64,000 nucleotides of DNA, taken from positions 111,166,001-111,230,000 of the forward strand of contig NC_043001.1 of the NCBI RefSeq assembly GCF_006345805.1, read 5' to 3'. The position numbers were made by a program, and so were the translations under genes. Positions 1-13,324 of the stretch are shown here, one piece after another. Source of the stretch: Octopus sinensis (taxonomy: Eukaryota). Within the stretch, counting starts at the first letter, position 1, and each line of letters starts with the position of its first letter. The notes below the pieces were generated by a model, which was given only the letters and a program-made list of their open reading frames with translations, was not told where the DNA came from and searched no databases.

Positions 1-58
1 AATGTATTTCAGTTTCGACCCTACAGTCATTTTATAGTCAAGAATTACTGAGTATAGA

Positions 59-490
59 GGCGCAGGAGTGGCATATAGGCGCAGGAGTGGTATATAGGCG
101 CAGGAGTGGCTGTGTGGTAAGTCGCTTGCTAACCAACCACATGGTTGCCGGTTCAGTCCCACTGCGTGGCATCTTGGGCAAGTGTCTTCTGCTATAGCAG
201 AATTTGGTAGACAGAAACTGAAAGAAGCCTGTCGTATATATGTATATATATATATATATATGTATGTGTTTGTGTGTCTGTGTTTGTCCCCCTAGCATTG
301 CTTAACAACCGATGCTGGTGTGTTTATGTCCCCGTTACTTAGCGGTTCCGCAAAAGAGACCGATGAATAAGTACTGGGCTTACAAAGAATAAGTCCCGGG
401 GTCGATTTGCTCGACTAAAGGCGGTGCTCCAGCATGGCCGCAGTCAAATGACTGAAACAAGTAGAAGAGTAAAAGAGAAAAGAGTATCAC
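59..490 (+). mobile_element. tRNA-derived SINE, family A, full length: tRNA-like head, CORE/V-like body, internal (TA)n/(TG)n, LINE-like 3' tail
   Basis: Head ggcgcaggagtggctgtgtggtaag...ggttcagtcccactgcg with A/B-box-like motifs; body cttgggcaagtgtcttct; tail ggcggtgctccagcatggccgcagtcaaatgactgaaacaag(tagaagag)n. The same sequence recurs at least 10 times in the window. Confidence 0.9.
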
Positions 491-641
491 TTTATTGGTC
501 GCTTTCAAGACACTGAAGTCACGAAGAAAACTGTTTGGTAATTACTAATAAAAATATACGTATAAAACGCATCTTAGTGACTCGGGCGAGAATACATATA
601 CTCCAGGTAGTGACAGAGGATATTCCGACGTCGAATAAAAG

Positions 642-647
<6 letters not shown>

Positions 648-717
<70 letters not shown>
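648..717. repeat. (TA)n microsatellite
   Basis: Perfect dinucleotide run. Confidence 0.98.
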
Positions 718-720
<3 letters not shown>

Positions 721-959
721 GTGTGGGAGGTATACGTTTTTGTGAACGTAGGTATTAATATGGAGAGAGGAAACGAGAGATTTATATTTACATATATATA
801 TGTGAGTGTGTATGCGTGTGTGTCTATGTTTCTATGTGTGTGTGTGTAAATAAATACGAGCATATACACTCACAAACACACACATATATAATGTACTATG
901 TATGAGTGTATGCATGCATATATCTACGTATGTATGTATGTATGTATGTATGTATATAA

Positions 960-1170
960 GTATGTGTGTGTGGTTGTTTGTCTGTGTTTGTCTCCCCATA
1001 ATCCTTTGACAACTGATGGTGGCGTGTCTACGTCCCCGTAACTCAGCGGTTAGGCAAAAGACCAAGAGAATAAGTAGTAGGCTTACAAAGAATAAGTCGA
1101 TTTGTTCGACTAAAGACTGTGCTCCAGCATGACCGCTGTCAAAAGACTGAAACAAATAAAAGAATAAAGA
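960..1170 (+). mobile_element. SINE family A, 3' half
   Basis: Aligns to 270-490 (ttgacaactgatggt...ctccagcatgaccgctgtcaaaagactgaaac). Confidence 0.85.
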
Positions 1171-1171
1171 A

Positions 1172-1215
1172 TAGATAAATAGATAGATAGACAGGCAGAC
1201 AGATAGATAGATAGT

Positions 1216-1250
<35 letters not shown>

Positions 1251-1253
1251 GTT

Positions 1254-1319
<66 letters not shown>

Positions 1320-1326
1320 CAGATAC

Positions 1327-1386
<60 letters not shown>

Positions 1387-1405
1387 CGATAGATAGATAG
1401 ATAGG

Positions 1406-1497
<92 letters not shown>

Positions 1498-1510
1498 TAG
1501 ATAGGTAGAT
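1172..1510. repeat. (AGAT)n tetranucleotide microsatellite
   Basis: About 340 bp GATA array; source of the YLSI-repeat ORFs. Confidence 0.97.
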
Positions 1511-2532
1511 ATATATATATATATATATAGACACGTGTTTGTGTGTGCGAATTATGTAGTTGATTCTCATTAACTTTTTCTCCTACGGTTTTTTTGTTCT
1601 CAGTCAGTCTTCTTACACCTATCTGTACAATCATGTACATACATATGTATGTATGGATGTGTGTGTATGTCTGTGTACGTGAGTGTGAGTGTAGTTGTGC
1701 CTATTTGTACATGTATGTGTACCTGCGTATGTGCGTGCGTTTGTCTGTTTTGTGTATGATTGTACGGATGTCTTCCCTGCACCTTCATATAATATATACA
1801 AACAACTACTACAACTCCAACAGGTTACTGACGGACTAGCTATTTTGTAAAAAAAAAAAACAAGAAACAGAAGAGTGAGCGCTAACCTGGAATTCCAATC
1901 ATCAGGATAAAATGGCAACATCTCAAAATATTTCTTGCATTGTAGGAAGTAAACACGTAAAATATAATATACAGAAGCAGAAGGTTTTGGCTCTTTGGAT
2001 ATCTCTCCATTTCGTATGTTTATTACACGTCCAGGAATGATAATGGAGCGTAGCTTCTAATTGCAGCTTATATTACTAGTTTACTTGTACTAGTTTGCTT
2101 GTAAATACCTCGCCGCTCCAGCTTTGCCAATAGGCTGGATGTATAATCTTTAAAACTTGTTTTCTAATTGTTACGCTTTGTTTATGCGGTCTTGAAATAC
2201 ACCAAATGTTAAATGGCTAAAATTCTTTAGATTGTTATTGCCTCGTCTGTTATTTCAATTTTCTTCATTCTTTTCATTTTTTACATAAATACAGGTTTTT
2301 TGTTTTTGTCGTCTCTTTTACACTTTTAAACACATTTCTCATTGATACATACATATATATATATATATTTGTGTGTGTGTATACGTATATATATATATAT
2401 ATATAAATAAATATGTATTTATAAATATATACATGTATATAATGTATACATATTATGTATATATATATATATATACATATATGTACACACACGCACACAC
2501 ACGCACACACACACACACACACGCACACACGC

Positions 2533-2573
<41 letters not shown>

Positions 2574-3444
2574 GTATTTCCATGTTATCCTGGCTTTCAT
2601 TTCTAAAAATACCGTAAGGATATTTGAAAAATACTTTTACTATGACCTTGTGCACTAAAGGTTAGTCGTCTGTATAATACACATTCCTAAAGACATCAGT
2701 GACATAAGTGATGTGAAATGGTTCGGATATACAATGAAATCTGCCAAGCAATTATGAGGCTTCGTTTCTAGTTTTTTTTTTGTATTTTTTTTTGCAATCT
2801 GGTGCACGGCAAGCATATATTTATTTTTGCTAATAAGATTTAGCAGCTGGTTACGAAGCGAATCTAATAAAACACCTTATCGCATCTTATTACTCGTATT
2901 TCTTCTATGTTTTGGCAGTAGTATAACATGTTATGTTTTGGCAGAATCATTAGATCTTCAGACATATTTCGAAATTGTATTTGTCCTGCTCTTTACGTTC
3001 TTATTTTAAAACCAAATGAAGTTGTGTTAAGTTATCACCCGCCAGAGTTCGATAAGATACATTACCAGTAACTCACTAGCTTTGATATAATAGACTAAAC
3101 TCTCCCTTCAGTCTCGCGGCCTTATGCATATATTTCAAATTGCTTTCATTGATCTGTGAAACATGAAATAGATTATGATATTATGGGTAGACGTTAAACT
3201 TGTACCAGCATGAAATCCACAAAAGGCAACTATCCCCCACGCAGTGGTGTTAAAAATGGGCGACGGGTTAAACTTTCCGAAAGTTGCTATTCTATTGCTG
3301 CAAGAAAACACTGTGTACTGAGTTCATAAGGAGTGCCAAACAATCCTAGATTATACAGTTCTATATTTAAGGGATGAGGAATTAAGTTTATTATTTACAT
3401 TATTGACAACTGACGGGTATTTGTCCTCATCTTGTTTGTAGTTA

Positions 3445-3488
3445 ACACAATGTTTCGGCTGATATACCCTCCAGCCTTCATCAGTTGT
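3445..3488 (-). ncRNA. Degenerate minimal type I hammerhead ribozyme motif in a pLTR-like repeat
   Basis: Minus strand: acaa-CTGATGA-aggctg gagggtatat cagcc-GAAAC-at-t-gtgt. Core boxes and stem II are intact; stems I and III each carry a mismatch. Confidence 0.55.
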
Positions 3489-4980
3489 CTTGGGGAAATT
3501 TCAAACCTGGATTCTCATTCCTAAGATATTTTTCGATGTTGTTATTATTATTTAGACATGATAGATCCTTAGCAACACGTAGAAATAAACGGGTGTTCTC
3601 TTGGGGTGAAAGAGTGCACATTTATTCGTTTCTGAAAAGCAATTCATGAATGAAGTATAATACTAATACGTTTGTTGTGAGTAGTAAAGAACAGACATGC
3701 TCACTAACTTGTTGTTTTCAACACATTATGTGCCAGGAGTAGCTAAACATTGTTTGCCACAGACCATTGTTCGTCGCACGTCACACCTGCCACCAAAGCA
3801 AACTAGACTGTTTTTTTTTTTCAGACTTATGAAGCCCAAAGAGGGTACCCCGGTACCTGATGGTAATTTTGCTCCCATTATCATGTTACCAGGAATCCAG
3901 CAGGGATGAACTTTAAGCTATATCTGCTATAGTGGTGATACGGCATAACAGAGTTGTTGCTATATGCTTTCTCTATCGCTCTCTTTGTATTTATCTCAGT
4001 TTACTGGGTTTTGCAACTCCTTCTTCGGAGTTCAATTCCTGTGTTGGTCATCTTGGCTTTTCCTCCTCCCAGAGCCGATATGAAGCACCCGTCAAATACT
4101 GGTGTTAATTTCTTTGACCAAGTTTCTCCCCAAAATTTATGTGCCTATGTTAGAAACCCGTTCGATTTCTATAAAACAAGCACCAGTCGAAAATCCCAGA
4201 GGTTGATTTAATCAACTGTTTGCTTATCCTTATCTCATCTCTCTCCCTCAATTTTATCTTTGTGCATTAATAGAAGATAAAGTTTCATACGCATGTCCCA
4301 TCACGTTGACACGTGATACAATATGTTTGTGTGTGTGTACTCTTATTTCTCTTATACATTCTCTAATAAGAATATTGAACTACACCTACTAATAACTGAT
4401 TGTGTTGTGTTGTGTGTGTGTGTGTGTGTGTGTGTTGTGTGTGTGTGTGTGTGTATGTATATGTGAGATCCTCACCTTCTTAGATCCTCTTTTAAACTCT
4501 CTGGCGAAGCCTAGAAGCACACCCAAGTACCCTAATTTTATGTACCTCTCACTACAGTAGACTGAAAAGGTGGAAATACCATGTGGGGTACTGTGACCTC
4601 TTGGGAGAAACAGCTGTAAGAAACTGCTCTTCTTTCTCTATTCAAGAAATTACTGGTACTTTATATGTTAAACACAATTTTACACATGTATAGATATTCT
4701 CAGAATTGTTCAAAATATATAAATAGACGTAATATAATGTCTAACAGTTGAAATGTATTATTCCTGGATCCCTTCTATTTGCTTATTGCCACATATGTGT
4801 GTATATATTATTATTATTATTATTATTATTATTACTTTTTTTCTTCTTTCAAATTTGCTTCCATTTCTTGCCGAGTGTCTTCCCGACTCCTAGGGCAAAG
4901 AAACTCATAGTACACATTGGTAGGCCATTAGACCAAACTCAATAGTTCGTTAATTTTTTTTTTTTTTTAAAGTTAAATTA

Positions 4981-4993
4981 ATTATTATTTTAA

Positions 4994-5040
<47 letters not shown>

Positions 5041-5042
5041 CA

Positions 5043-5081
<39 letters not shown>

Positions 5082-5090
5082 TATTATTAA

Positions 5091-5127
<37 letters not shown>

Positions 5128-5180
5128 GTTATTGATGTTGTTGTTGTGTTGTTGTTGTTGTTTTTGTTATTATTATTAGT
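4981..5180. repeat. (TTA)n/(TTG)n microsatellite
   Basis: Direct inspection. Confidence 0.95.
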
Positions 5181-5358
5181 TAATATTTGAAGCGAAGGAA
5201 AATAACTTGGAAAATTATAGAAATTAAAACAATATCGAACAAAAGCGGCCGTATATATATATATATAACAACCATTGGTGTTAATTCAATAAAGAATGTG
5301 GCAGGCACAAAACGACACAACGGAATAAATTTACGAAAGTTAGCTAAGTACACCTACT

Positions 5359-5395
<37 letters not shown>

Positions 5396-5399
5396 TATA

Positions 5400-5558
5400 G
5401 GTGTCTTCAAGTTTCCCTCTACCAAATCCACAAACACTGCATTGGACAACCCGAGGCTACAGTAGAAGACACTAGCCCAAGGTGCCGCCCAGTGGCACTG
5501 AACCCAAAACCTTGTGGTTGCGAAGTAAGTATCTTACCACACACCCACTCCTGCGCCA
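5400..5558 (-). mobile_element. SINE family A, 5' half
   Basis: Reverse complement of the family A head and body, ending at (TA)n. Confidence 0.85.
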
Positions 5559-5651
5559 TATATATATATATATAAATATCGGAGTAAGCACATAAATGTG
5601 AAACAAGGTGGAAGAAAGAGTACACAAATACCAGAGGTAGAGTAATATGCT

Positions 5652-5806
5652 TTATTTAAAAGCAGCAGAAATGTAACAAAAGCTGTTACTCGGAGTTTCA
5701 TGTTCCCGTTCATCGGACAGTTTTGTTAAAAAAATAGCTGTCCGACGAACGGGAACGGAAAACTCCGAGTAACAGCTTTTGTTACATTTCTGCTACTTTT
5801 AAATAA
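5652..5806. repeat. ~70-bp inverted repeat (fold-back), each arm carrying a hammerhead-like motif
   Basis: Arms 5652-5722 and 5736-5806 are near-perfect reverse complements. Minus strand of the left arm reads ctgt-CCGATGA-acgggaacat-GAAA-ctccgag-TA-acag. Confidence 0.85.
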
Positions 5807-5891
<85 letters not shown>

Positions 5892-6469
5892 TATAAATAT
5901 ATAAATATATATAAAAGTTTATATATATATATACACACACACATATGTTTGTATATATGTATGTATGTATAATTTGGTTACGCGTACTATCATTGATACT
6001 CACATTTCTCTGTGTATATACGTATGTTACCATGTAAAATTATACGTGCGATAACAACAATGATATCACTATACAATCAGTGTGGTATTGTTTTGACTGT
6101 ACAAATGTTAATCTAATTTTCTTCTGCAGTTCTTTAGAGAGTTAACACCAGTATGATAATCTAGCGTTCACACCATGTGTTTGCCTAGTGAGACATCCCC
6201 AGGGATTGCGATATGGAACTTCAATCGAGTAAAATTTCACTAATTTTCTTTTAAAGAACTCAAATCTTCGAAGCGTACAGCTATAAATATACACGCACTT
6301 GTGCGCAGAAATATACAACAATATATATAGAACAACGAGAGACACACTTGCATGTACATACGTAGATACATATACACATGCATACATACACACACATAAT
6401 AATATATACGCACATATGTGTATGTATATATATATATATATGTGTGTGTCTGTATATATTTCTATATAC

Positions 6470-6554
<85 letters not shown>

Positions 6555-6616
6555 ATAAATATATATATATATTTATATATATATACATTTATATATATAT
6601 ATGTACACACACACAT

Positions 6617-6688
<72 letters not shown>

Positions 6689-7081
6689 TATATATAACTA
6701 TGTAAATTTGTACAGATATGTGTATGTGTGTGTGTGTGTGTGCGTATGTGTTTGTATGTATGTATGTATACATTTATGTATATACGTCCATATTTTTGTC
6801 GGTATTTGTGAGTGAGAAAGAAAAAGAGTGAGTGAACATCATCTGTGCATGCATAGACAGAGATTTTGCAGAAAATATACTATGGTTATAGCCATCATAT
6901 GTTCATGGGTTGTGTATAATATATGCAGCTGATTTGATTTTACAAGCATGAGTTTGATGTACGCATACTTTTATACTTACGAGTAGGAAGAATTTTCTAT
7001 TTATATTTTATAATTATACATATCTTTCTACATTTAATGTTGCACATATATTTATGCATAAACATACACACACACACACGC

Positions 7082-7127
<46 letters not shown>
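5807..7127. repeat. Compound (TA)n/(TG)n/(CA)n microsatellite-rich tract
   Basis: Arrays at 5809-5932, 6420-6700 and 7065-7127. Confidence 0.85.
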
Positions 7128-7234
7128 CCAAGGAAAAAAGCAACAAGAATGAATTAGTAGTTTAGTACAAGTGTTCGTACTAAGAACATTTTATTTAAAG
7201 CTGCAAATATTGCAGCAAATACAATGTCCAGTAT

Positions 7235-7490
7235 TCATCAGGGTCGATAAATTAAGTACCAGTTTTATACTGTTGTTGATCTAATCGACTGGTCCCCATC
7301 TCCTGAAATATCAAGCCTTGTGTCTAGAGTAGAAAAGTATATTCTGAGTTCAGATTCTGCCAAAGTTGATTTCGCTTTTCATCCTTTCGGGCCGATGAAA
7401 TAAGTACCAGTTACACACTGGGGTTGATTTAATCAACTTATCCCCTCCCCCCAAAATCGCAGGCCTTGCGCATATAGTAGAAAGGATTAT
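7235..7490 (+). mobile_element. Two tandem partial copies of SINE family C (conserved central domain ctttcatcctttcggggtcgataaattaagtaccag)
   Basis: Matches 15051-15286 and 35994-36370. Confidence 0.75.
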
Positions 7491-7498
7491 TAGTGTTG

Positions 7499-7872
7499 TT
7501 ATTACCTCCACCTTCACTAAGGTGGAGGTATTGTTTTCACTCGTATTTGCTTGTTTGTCTGCCCGTGGACAAGATATCTCGAGAACCTCTGGATGGATTT
7601 GGATGAAACCTTTAGGGATATTTTGCCTCATGACTGACGTGAATTGATTAGATTTTGGGATCAATCTGGTACCGGACAAGGATTCTGGATTATTTTTCCT
7701 GTTTTTTTTTACTTGTTTTTGAGACCAGTCAGGTTCATTTTTAGTATTCTCATTTGTGAGAGCAGTCGAGCTTATTTCAGATATTCCCATTTTAAAAATC
7801 ATCTCTGGCTAATCATTGAGAGGATGTTGGTGTTGCCTTGGTGGAGGTCTGCGTTCTATGAGTGCTTTTGTT
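7499..7872 (+). mobile_element. Helentron-associated non-autonomous element (HINE/DINE-1-like)
   Basis: 5' ttattacctccacc...ggtggaggt hairpin/subTIR, gtttgtctgcccgt tract, 3' gccttggtggaggtctgcgttctatgagtgcttttgtt. A second copy lies at 10722-11110. Confidence 0.7.
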
Positions 7873-7904
7873 ATTAATAAATTGATCTGTTATATTTTCA
7901 GGTG

Positions 7905-9500
7905 GTGTGAACTGAAATACAGCCAATTGATCTCTTCCACTTTTGTCATAGTTTTGACCTTCTTCCCACACATTCTGCAGATGTGCGATGTACTTACGTG
8001 TTATATATTCTTTTTCACTGAATTGGCATTCAATGCCTGGTCCTGGGCCACGATGATTAGCCTTTCGGTATCCTTGTTTAGGTTACCCTTGTTGAGCCAC
8101 CTCCATGATACTTCCGGGTCTTTTAATTTGTTGGTTTCACGGTGGAACTGACCATGTAATTCCATACGGAGTAGGGTTTCTTCTCTCCCGTTGGCTGTTC
8201 GGAATTCATGAACACACTCAATTCCATTTTTGTTAACATCTTCTGCACTAGTAGCCTACTACAGCAGGCTTTCTTTGCTGTTAACCAAATATTCTGCCAT
8301 ATTTCTTCTTTAACTGTTAATGCATTCCCGTACGCTAATCAGCCCGAGTCTACCATTGCATTTGCCTTAGGGTGGAGGGCACCATGCATTGTCATTGTCT
8401 TTCGGGGAATGCGATCGAGTTGGTCAACCTCCACTTGTGTCCATCTCAGGATGGGTGCACTATAACGGACTACAGCGGCAGCTCATGTGTTGATGGCAGT
8501 CACAAGGTTCTTTGATTCGATCTTCGATTTCAAGATAAGTTTAAGGCGCTTGAAATATGCAGTGGTGAACTTTTCTTTCATTTCTCTGTTCAAGATAATT
8601 ACACTTTTCCCTCGCTTCAAGTAGGCCCCACACACTTCGAGATACCGAATTCCATCCCTATATTCTTGCTGCACATTTGCATAGTCTCAACTAGCCTTCC
8701 ATTTCAGGCTCTGTTTGTGTAAACAATTTTCAATCAACCATGAAAAGAATGTGGTTAAAACGAGATCCGATCTTTCGAAGCTCATAGTGCATGTTGATTT
8801 TACGTAAGACTACAGAAAGTGGGATCAAGTCAATAAAAAATAACAGAGGTGAACGAGAGTCTCCTTGAAGGATATCACTTTTGATTGTTACCTCGGCTAA
8901 GTGCTGGTTGTTAAAGGAAATACGCGGTTTCCAACAATGCTTCCTGTTCTTAACCAGTGCAAACACGTTCTCAGATATTCCACACATGTCGAGTATTTCC
9001 CAAACCCAGGAATGCGGCAGCATGCCGTAAACCTTCTCGAAGTCTACGCAGGCCATGCACAAGTTTTTTTGGTACCTTTTACAGTTCTTCATTATAACCT
9101 TGTCTATCACAAGGTGGTCCTTTGTGCCCTTGAATCCTTTTCGGCATCACTTTTGATCTACTAACAGAAGATTATTTTCCGCAAGGAACGTATATAGGTT
9201 CCCTGCGAGGGTACCTCTTAATACGTTCCATTGGACGTTAAGACAAGCAATAGATCGGTAATTGCCAACCTCATTGCCTTTTGATTGAGCTTTCATTAAC
9301 AAAGTTGTTCTTCCCCCTACCATCCACTCCAAAACTGTACTGCTCTGTAAGCAATTGTATAATTACAACGCAATTCTTTTATGTATTGACCTAAACCACT
9401 TGAGCCAGTAGCCTTAAATTCCGCCTGGTCCTGCTGCTTTCCAGCTTGGCAGATTTGATATCTGTGCAAGGATATCGTCCGTTGTTATGCGCACATGGTC
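7905..9500 (-). pseudogene. Decayed R4/Dong-type (RLE) non-LTR retrotransposon: RT and zinc-knuckle fragment
   Basis: Broken frames give NLPSWKAAGPGGI, GRTTLLMK..GNYRSIACLN, VDFEKVYGMLPHSW, ILQGDSRSPLLF, NHILFMVD, IIVAQDQAL and CRMCG. Homologous to 53449-55474. Confidence 0.85.
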
Positions 9501-10721
9501 CTCGTGGTGCCTTCGGATTGTTGTTTTTGCTGTTTTTGCTCTTGTTGTTGCTGTTGTATTGTGTTATATTTACGATGTTTATTAGAAGCAGCTCGAAATA
9601 CCATGACCATCGCATCTCTCTAGCTGCTTCCTTAACAATTTTACGTATAAAGGTACTTTTCGATGGTAGTGTAAGATTTGAAAGAAAGTATGATTAAAGA
9701 ACATTATATAACTAGATGATAATTAGATTCAGGGTGTGCTGAGGATTTATAGTCATTAAAGTGAGATTAATAGGTTTCTGTATTTTTTAGATCTGTTATC
9801 GAAAAAGTGGTAAAGCGGTCGTTGTAAATTTTGAAAGATTTCTTTTTCTGTAGGGTTAATGACAGATGACTCCCAATAAGTAGAAAGTTATTTCAGCTGA
9901 ACTTGGGAATATATCCGAGCGGTCACTGACCATGTAGAAAATATGTTTAAAGCCACACCCTATTATGTTTACGATACAAATATTGCAACGCATTGAATAA
10001 TGTAAGTTTGGATATTTTATAAAAATGCCGTACTCCATTGTAGCTTAGCAAATACTGCGACAAAAGCAACATCAATCAAATTTGCTTCTTTAGACCTAGT
10101 TCGGTCCTTTTTGATGAGATATGTGAACAAATGCGTTTCATTTGCAATGGTCCTGTATGTTATTCTGGGATAACGGATCTAATAATATATTCTCTATTCT
10201 GTCTCTTTTGTGAGAATGTAATTTTTCTTTAAGTGAAAGAAATGGCTGCTATTTTCAATCTGACATTATCCTGGACTCTTTATCTATTTCACTAGCAAGG
10301 AATACAAAAATAGTATCAGCACGCATGACAGACATACTCAAGTGCAAAAGTTACACGTCAATTACTTGTCTGAATAAGAACAGGGCGCAGAGTATGTACC
10401 ATGTGAATAAATGAAAAATGCTAATTTTACATAGAAAAATATGTTGCAGGTAATTGTTAATGTCTGAAATTTCGTTTGGCCAGCAAAGACTCAATGCCAG
10501 TAATAAACACAAAATTTCGAAGTTAGGTCAATTGATATCATAATAGAAACTGTGATTACTTAGCATATGAAAAATATTTAAAAGTTAATTATTGAAATTT
10601 TGCCGGTAGACTGAAATTGAGCTAGGAGCATTGATTAATTAATCTAGTTTACATTTAATGATACCTGCTCGCCTGATTTTTTGCCGATGGTGTCTGTTGG
10701 TGACAGTTTCAATACTCATTT

Positions 10722-11110
10722 TTATTACTTCCGACTTAGTGAAGGCGGTGGTATTGTTTTCAATTGTGCTTTTTGTCTGTGTGTTTGTCCGTGGACAAGA
10801 TATCTCAAGAACCGCTGGATGGATTCAGATGAAACTTTCAGGGATATTTGGCCTCGCAACTGGCAGGAATTGATTAGGTTTTGCAATCGATCAGGTACCG
10901 GACAAGGATTCTGGATTATTCTTCCTGATTTTGGGGGTTCTTTTAAAACTTAATTTGTGAGAGTGGTCGGATTCAGTTTTAGAATTGTTGTTTGTGAGAG
11001 CAGTCGATTTTATTTCAGATATTCTCATTTTAAAATTACCTCAGGATAATTGTTGAGAGCACCTTGGTGTTGCCTTGGAAGAGGTTTGCGCTCTCTTATT
11101 GCTCTTGTTT
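10722..11110 (+). mobile_element. Helentron-associated non-autonomous element, second copy
   Basis: Collinear similarity to 7499-7872 (ggacaagatatctc, gtaccggacaaggattctggattatt, gtgagagcagtcga, ggtgttgccttgg). Confidence 0.7.
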
Positions 11111-11915
11111 TATATGAATTAGACTTTTATGCGACCGACTTAACATTTATTTCCGGTAGCAATACCTCGTTCTAATATGCGTTGTATTTTTGTCAAGGAC
11201 TACATGCTGGGGAAAAGATATTCTCGTTAAGACTGATAGGAATAAATGATTGATGCTATTTTCATCGATCTCAAAATTATGAATGTTTTAGTTAAATTTC
11301 TATAATATATGCAGTTTACGCCTGAATTAATTGTTTCATCAGACATGCAAATAATAAAATGACAAAAACATAAATATTATCACTGAATAGTTACACGAGC
11401 CTACGAGGTAGTCCTTCCGTGCCTACGTGAGCTTTTGAAAACATCATATTACTTGGTAAAGGTTGAGATAGAAAAAAGGGAAAAAAAGTATAGATATTTA
11501 TGTCTGCAACGTTTTTGGTCGTAGATATATGAGAATAAAGCTGATCACGGTGTAAAAGACAATGATTCTTTCAGATATATTTTCTGTCTGCTTACGTCAT
11601 TGTGCTTGGATATTTCGTACTTTAAGTGCAACGTACCTTAACAACTCGATTTGTCCGAATCATAGAAAACCTGAAGACAGTGTGATGCTTTTATCATAAG
11701 AATGAATTTCATTGCATAACTTATGATATATGTTAGGAAAGTAAACATGCCTTTCTTTGGAGAGACTCTATTATGTTGAATGTATGTAAGACGTTTATCT
11801 TTAAACCACACACATTACATACTCTGAAAGCTTGCACTAGAGTAGACTATGAGACATCTATCAGGAGGTTTAGATGAAAGGAGAGGATGAATTGATTATA
11901 TGATGCTAACAAATA

Positions 11916-12677
11916 CAGGCATGCCTCCCCCTACGTCGTTAATTAGATCCAGGAGACACGACTGAAGCCCAAAAAACGACTTAAGTCGAATTAACTTATC
12001 ACTAGGCTAGGCTAGGCCGAATTTACTTGTCTATCGGCTAAACCGATAATAACAATTCCCAGTTCTGTACTTTATTTATGTAAGCATTTTCAATGATACA
12101 TGGTTAATAAAAACTTATTTTAAGCTTGCAAACAAATGATTATTTTTAATGCAGTACAGTAAAAAAAAAAGTAATCTAAATTTACGAATACAAATTTTGC
12201 CTTTTTTACCGTACATCACGGACGATTTATTTATAAATGTAGTTTGTCCAAAGGCATGGTAAAGTAAGAGCCATTTTAAGCTTACAAAACAAATTCAGAT
12301 TTGATTATTTCCCAACTGTAAAAGAAGAACTAAATTACTTTAAGTTTACCAATACGTATATCCAATTCGGTGTTTTTGTGATTTCATGATTTCGTTCACT
12401 ATGCTACAATAATTTATGTTGTGTATCTTAACATTTACTGTACGTATTCTAATATGATTTTCTATGATTTTATTCTTATTTATTGTACAGTAACCTGATT
12501 GTATGTGCTTTTAATGGTTTTCTAGTGATTTCACGATTCCAATACTTGTGGCGGACAGACGTAAAGTCGAATAAAATGACTTAACTTGATTTAAATGTTT
12601 TCCATATATTAATCATGAAAACCGACGTATAATCGAGAACGACTAAAATCAGAACAACTTAGACCGAGGTATGCCAG
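11916..12677. mobile_element. Tigger/pogo-like non-autonomous DNA transposon (degenerate TIRs, TA flanks)
   Basis: TA-caggcatgcctcccctacgtcgtt at the left end; the right end reverse-complements to TA-ctggcatacctcggtctaagttgtt. Confidence 0.55.
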
Positions 12678-13324
12678 TATACTTTAATGGAAGGGTTTCT
12701 TAACTGTGTCTATCAGCACACATATACTAAAATTGCTTGGATTTAGGTATGGCCATGCTAAATAGTTATATACGCAAGGTGCTATGTTGACGGATCGAAG
12801 CTTGGGATCCTGGATTGTGAAAAGAAAGTTCCTTTTTCTGCAGATTTTAGACTAGATCCAACGTTGATGCATCTATAATGCATTTATAATGGTATGTAAG
12901 TGTTCAAAATATACATCTCCCTGGCGTAATTTTTTTCTAAAATTTATAGTACTTGAACAGGAAAGAAAAAACAACGCGTTTGCAAATGAAATAAAGCTGC
13001 AAGTTCCCATTTCTTTTACGCCTATGAAATTCTATAGAAATGTAGTATGTATGGAACAAATGACGTGTGTTTATAGATGCAAAGTATATTTTAGACTGAT
13101 AGCTAATCCGTTTTTCAATTAGGGAAGATCGTTTACGTCGTTTATTCAGGCAACAACTTTCAGTAATGTATGGCTATCATGAACACATTTCCTATTTTAT
13201 AATAGACTGTAAAACACTGAAACTCCTATGGCTCTTCTGGTCCTTCCTTACATTATTACTGTAGTAACATGTCGATCTAGGTTCACAAAAGCTCACTTGA
13301 TTCTATTTTATTATTATTGTTTAT

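Noticed and set aside
97-165. tRNA-like sequences (also at 15051, 42407, 43557, 58822)
   Set aside because: They are SINE heads continuing into repeat bodies; no complete cloverleaf or acceptor stem is evident
7200-7243. Minus-strand CTGATGA followed by a stem (aatac/gtatt)
   Set aside because: No GAAA box or cleavage triplet follows, so at most a truncated remnant
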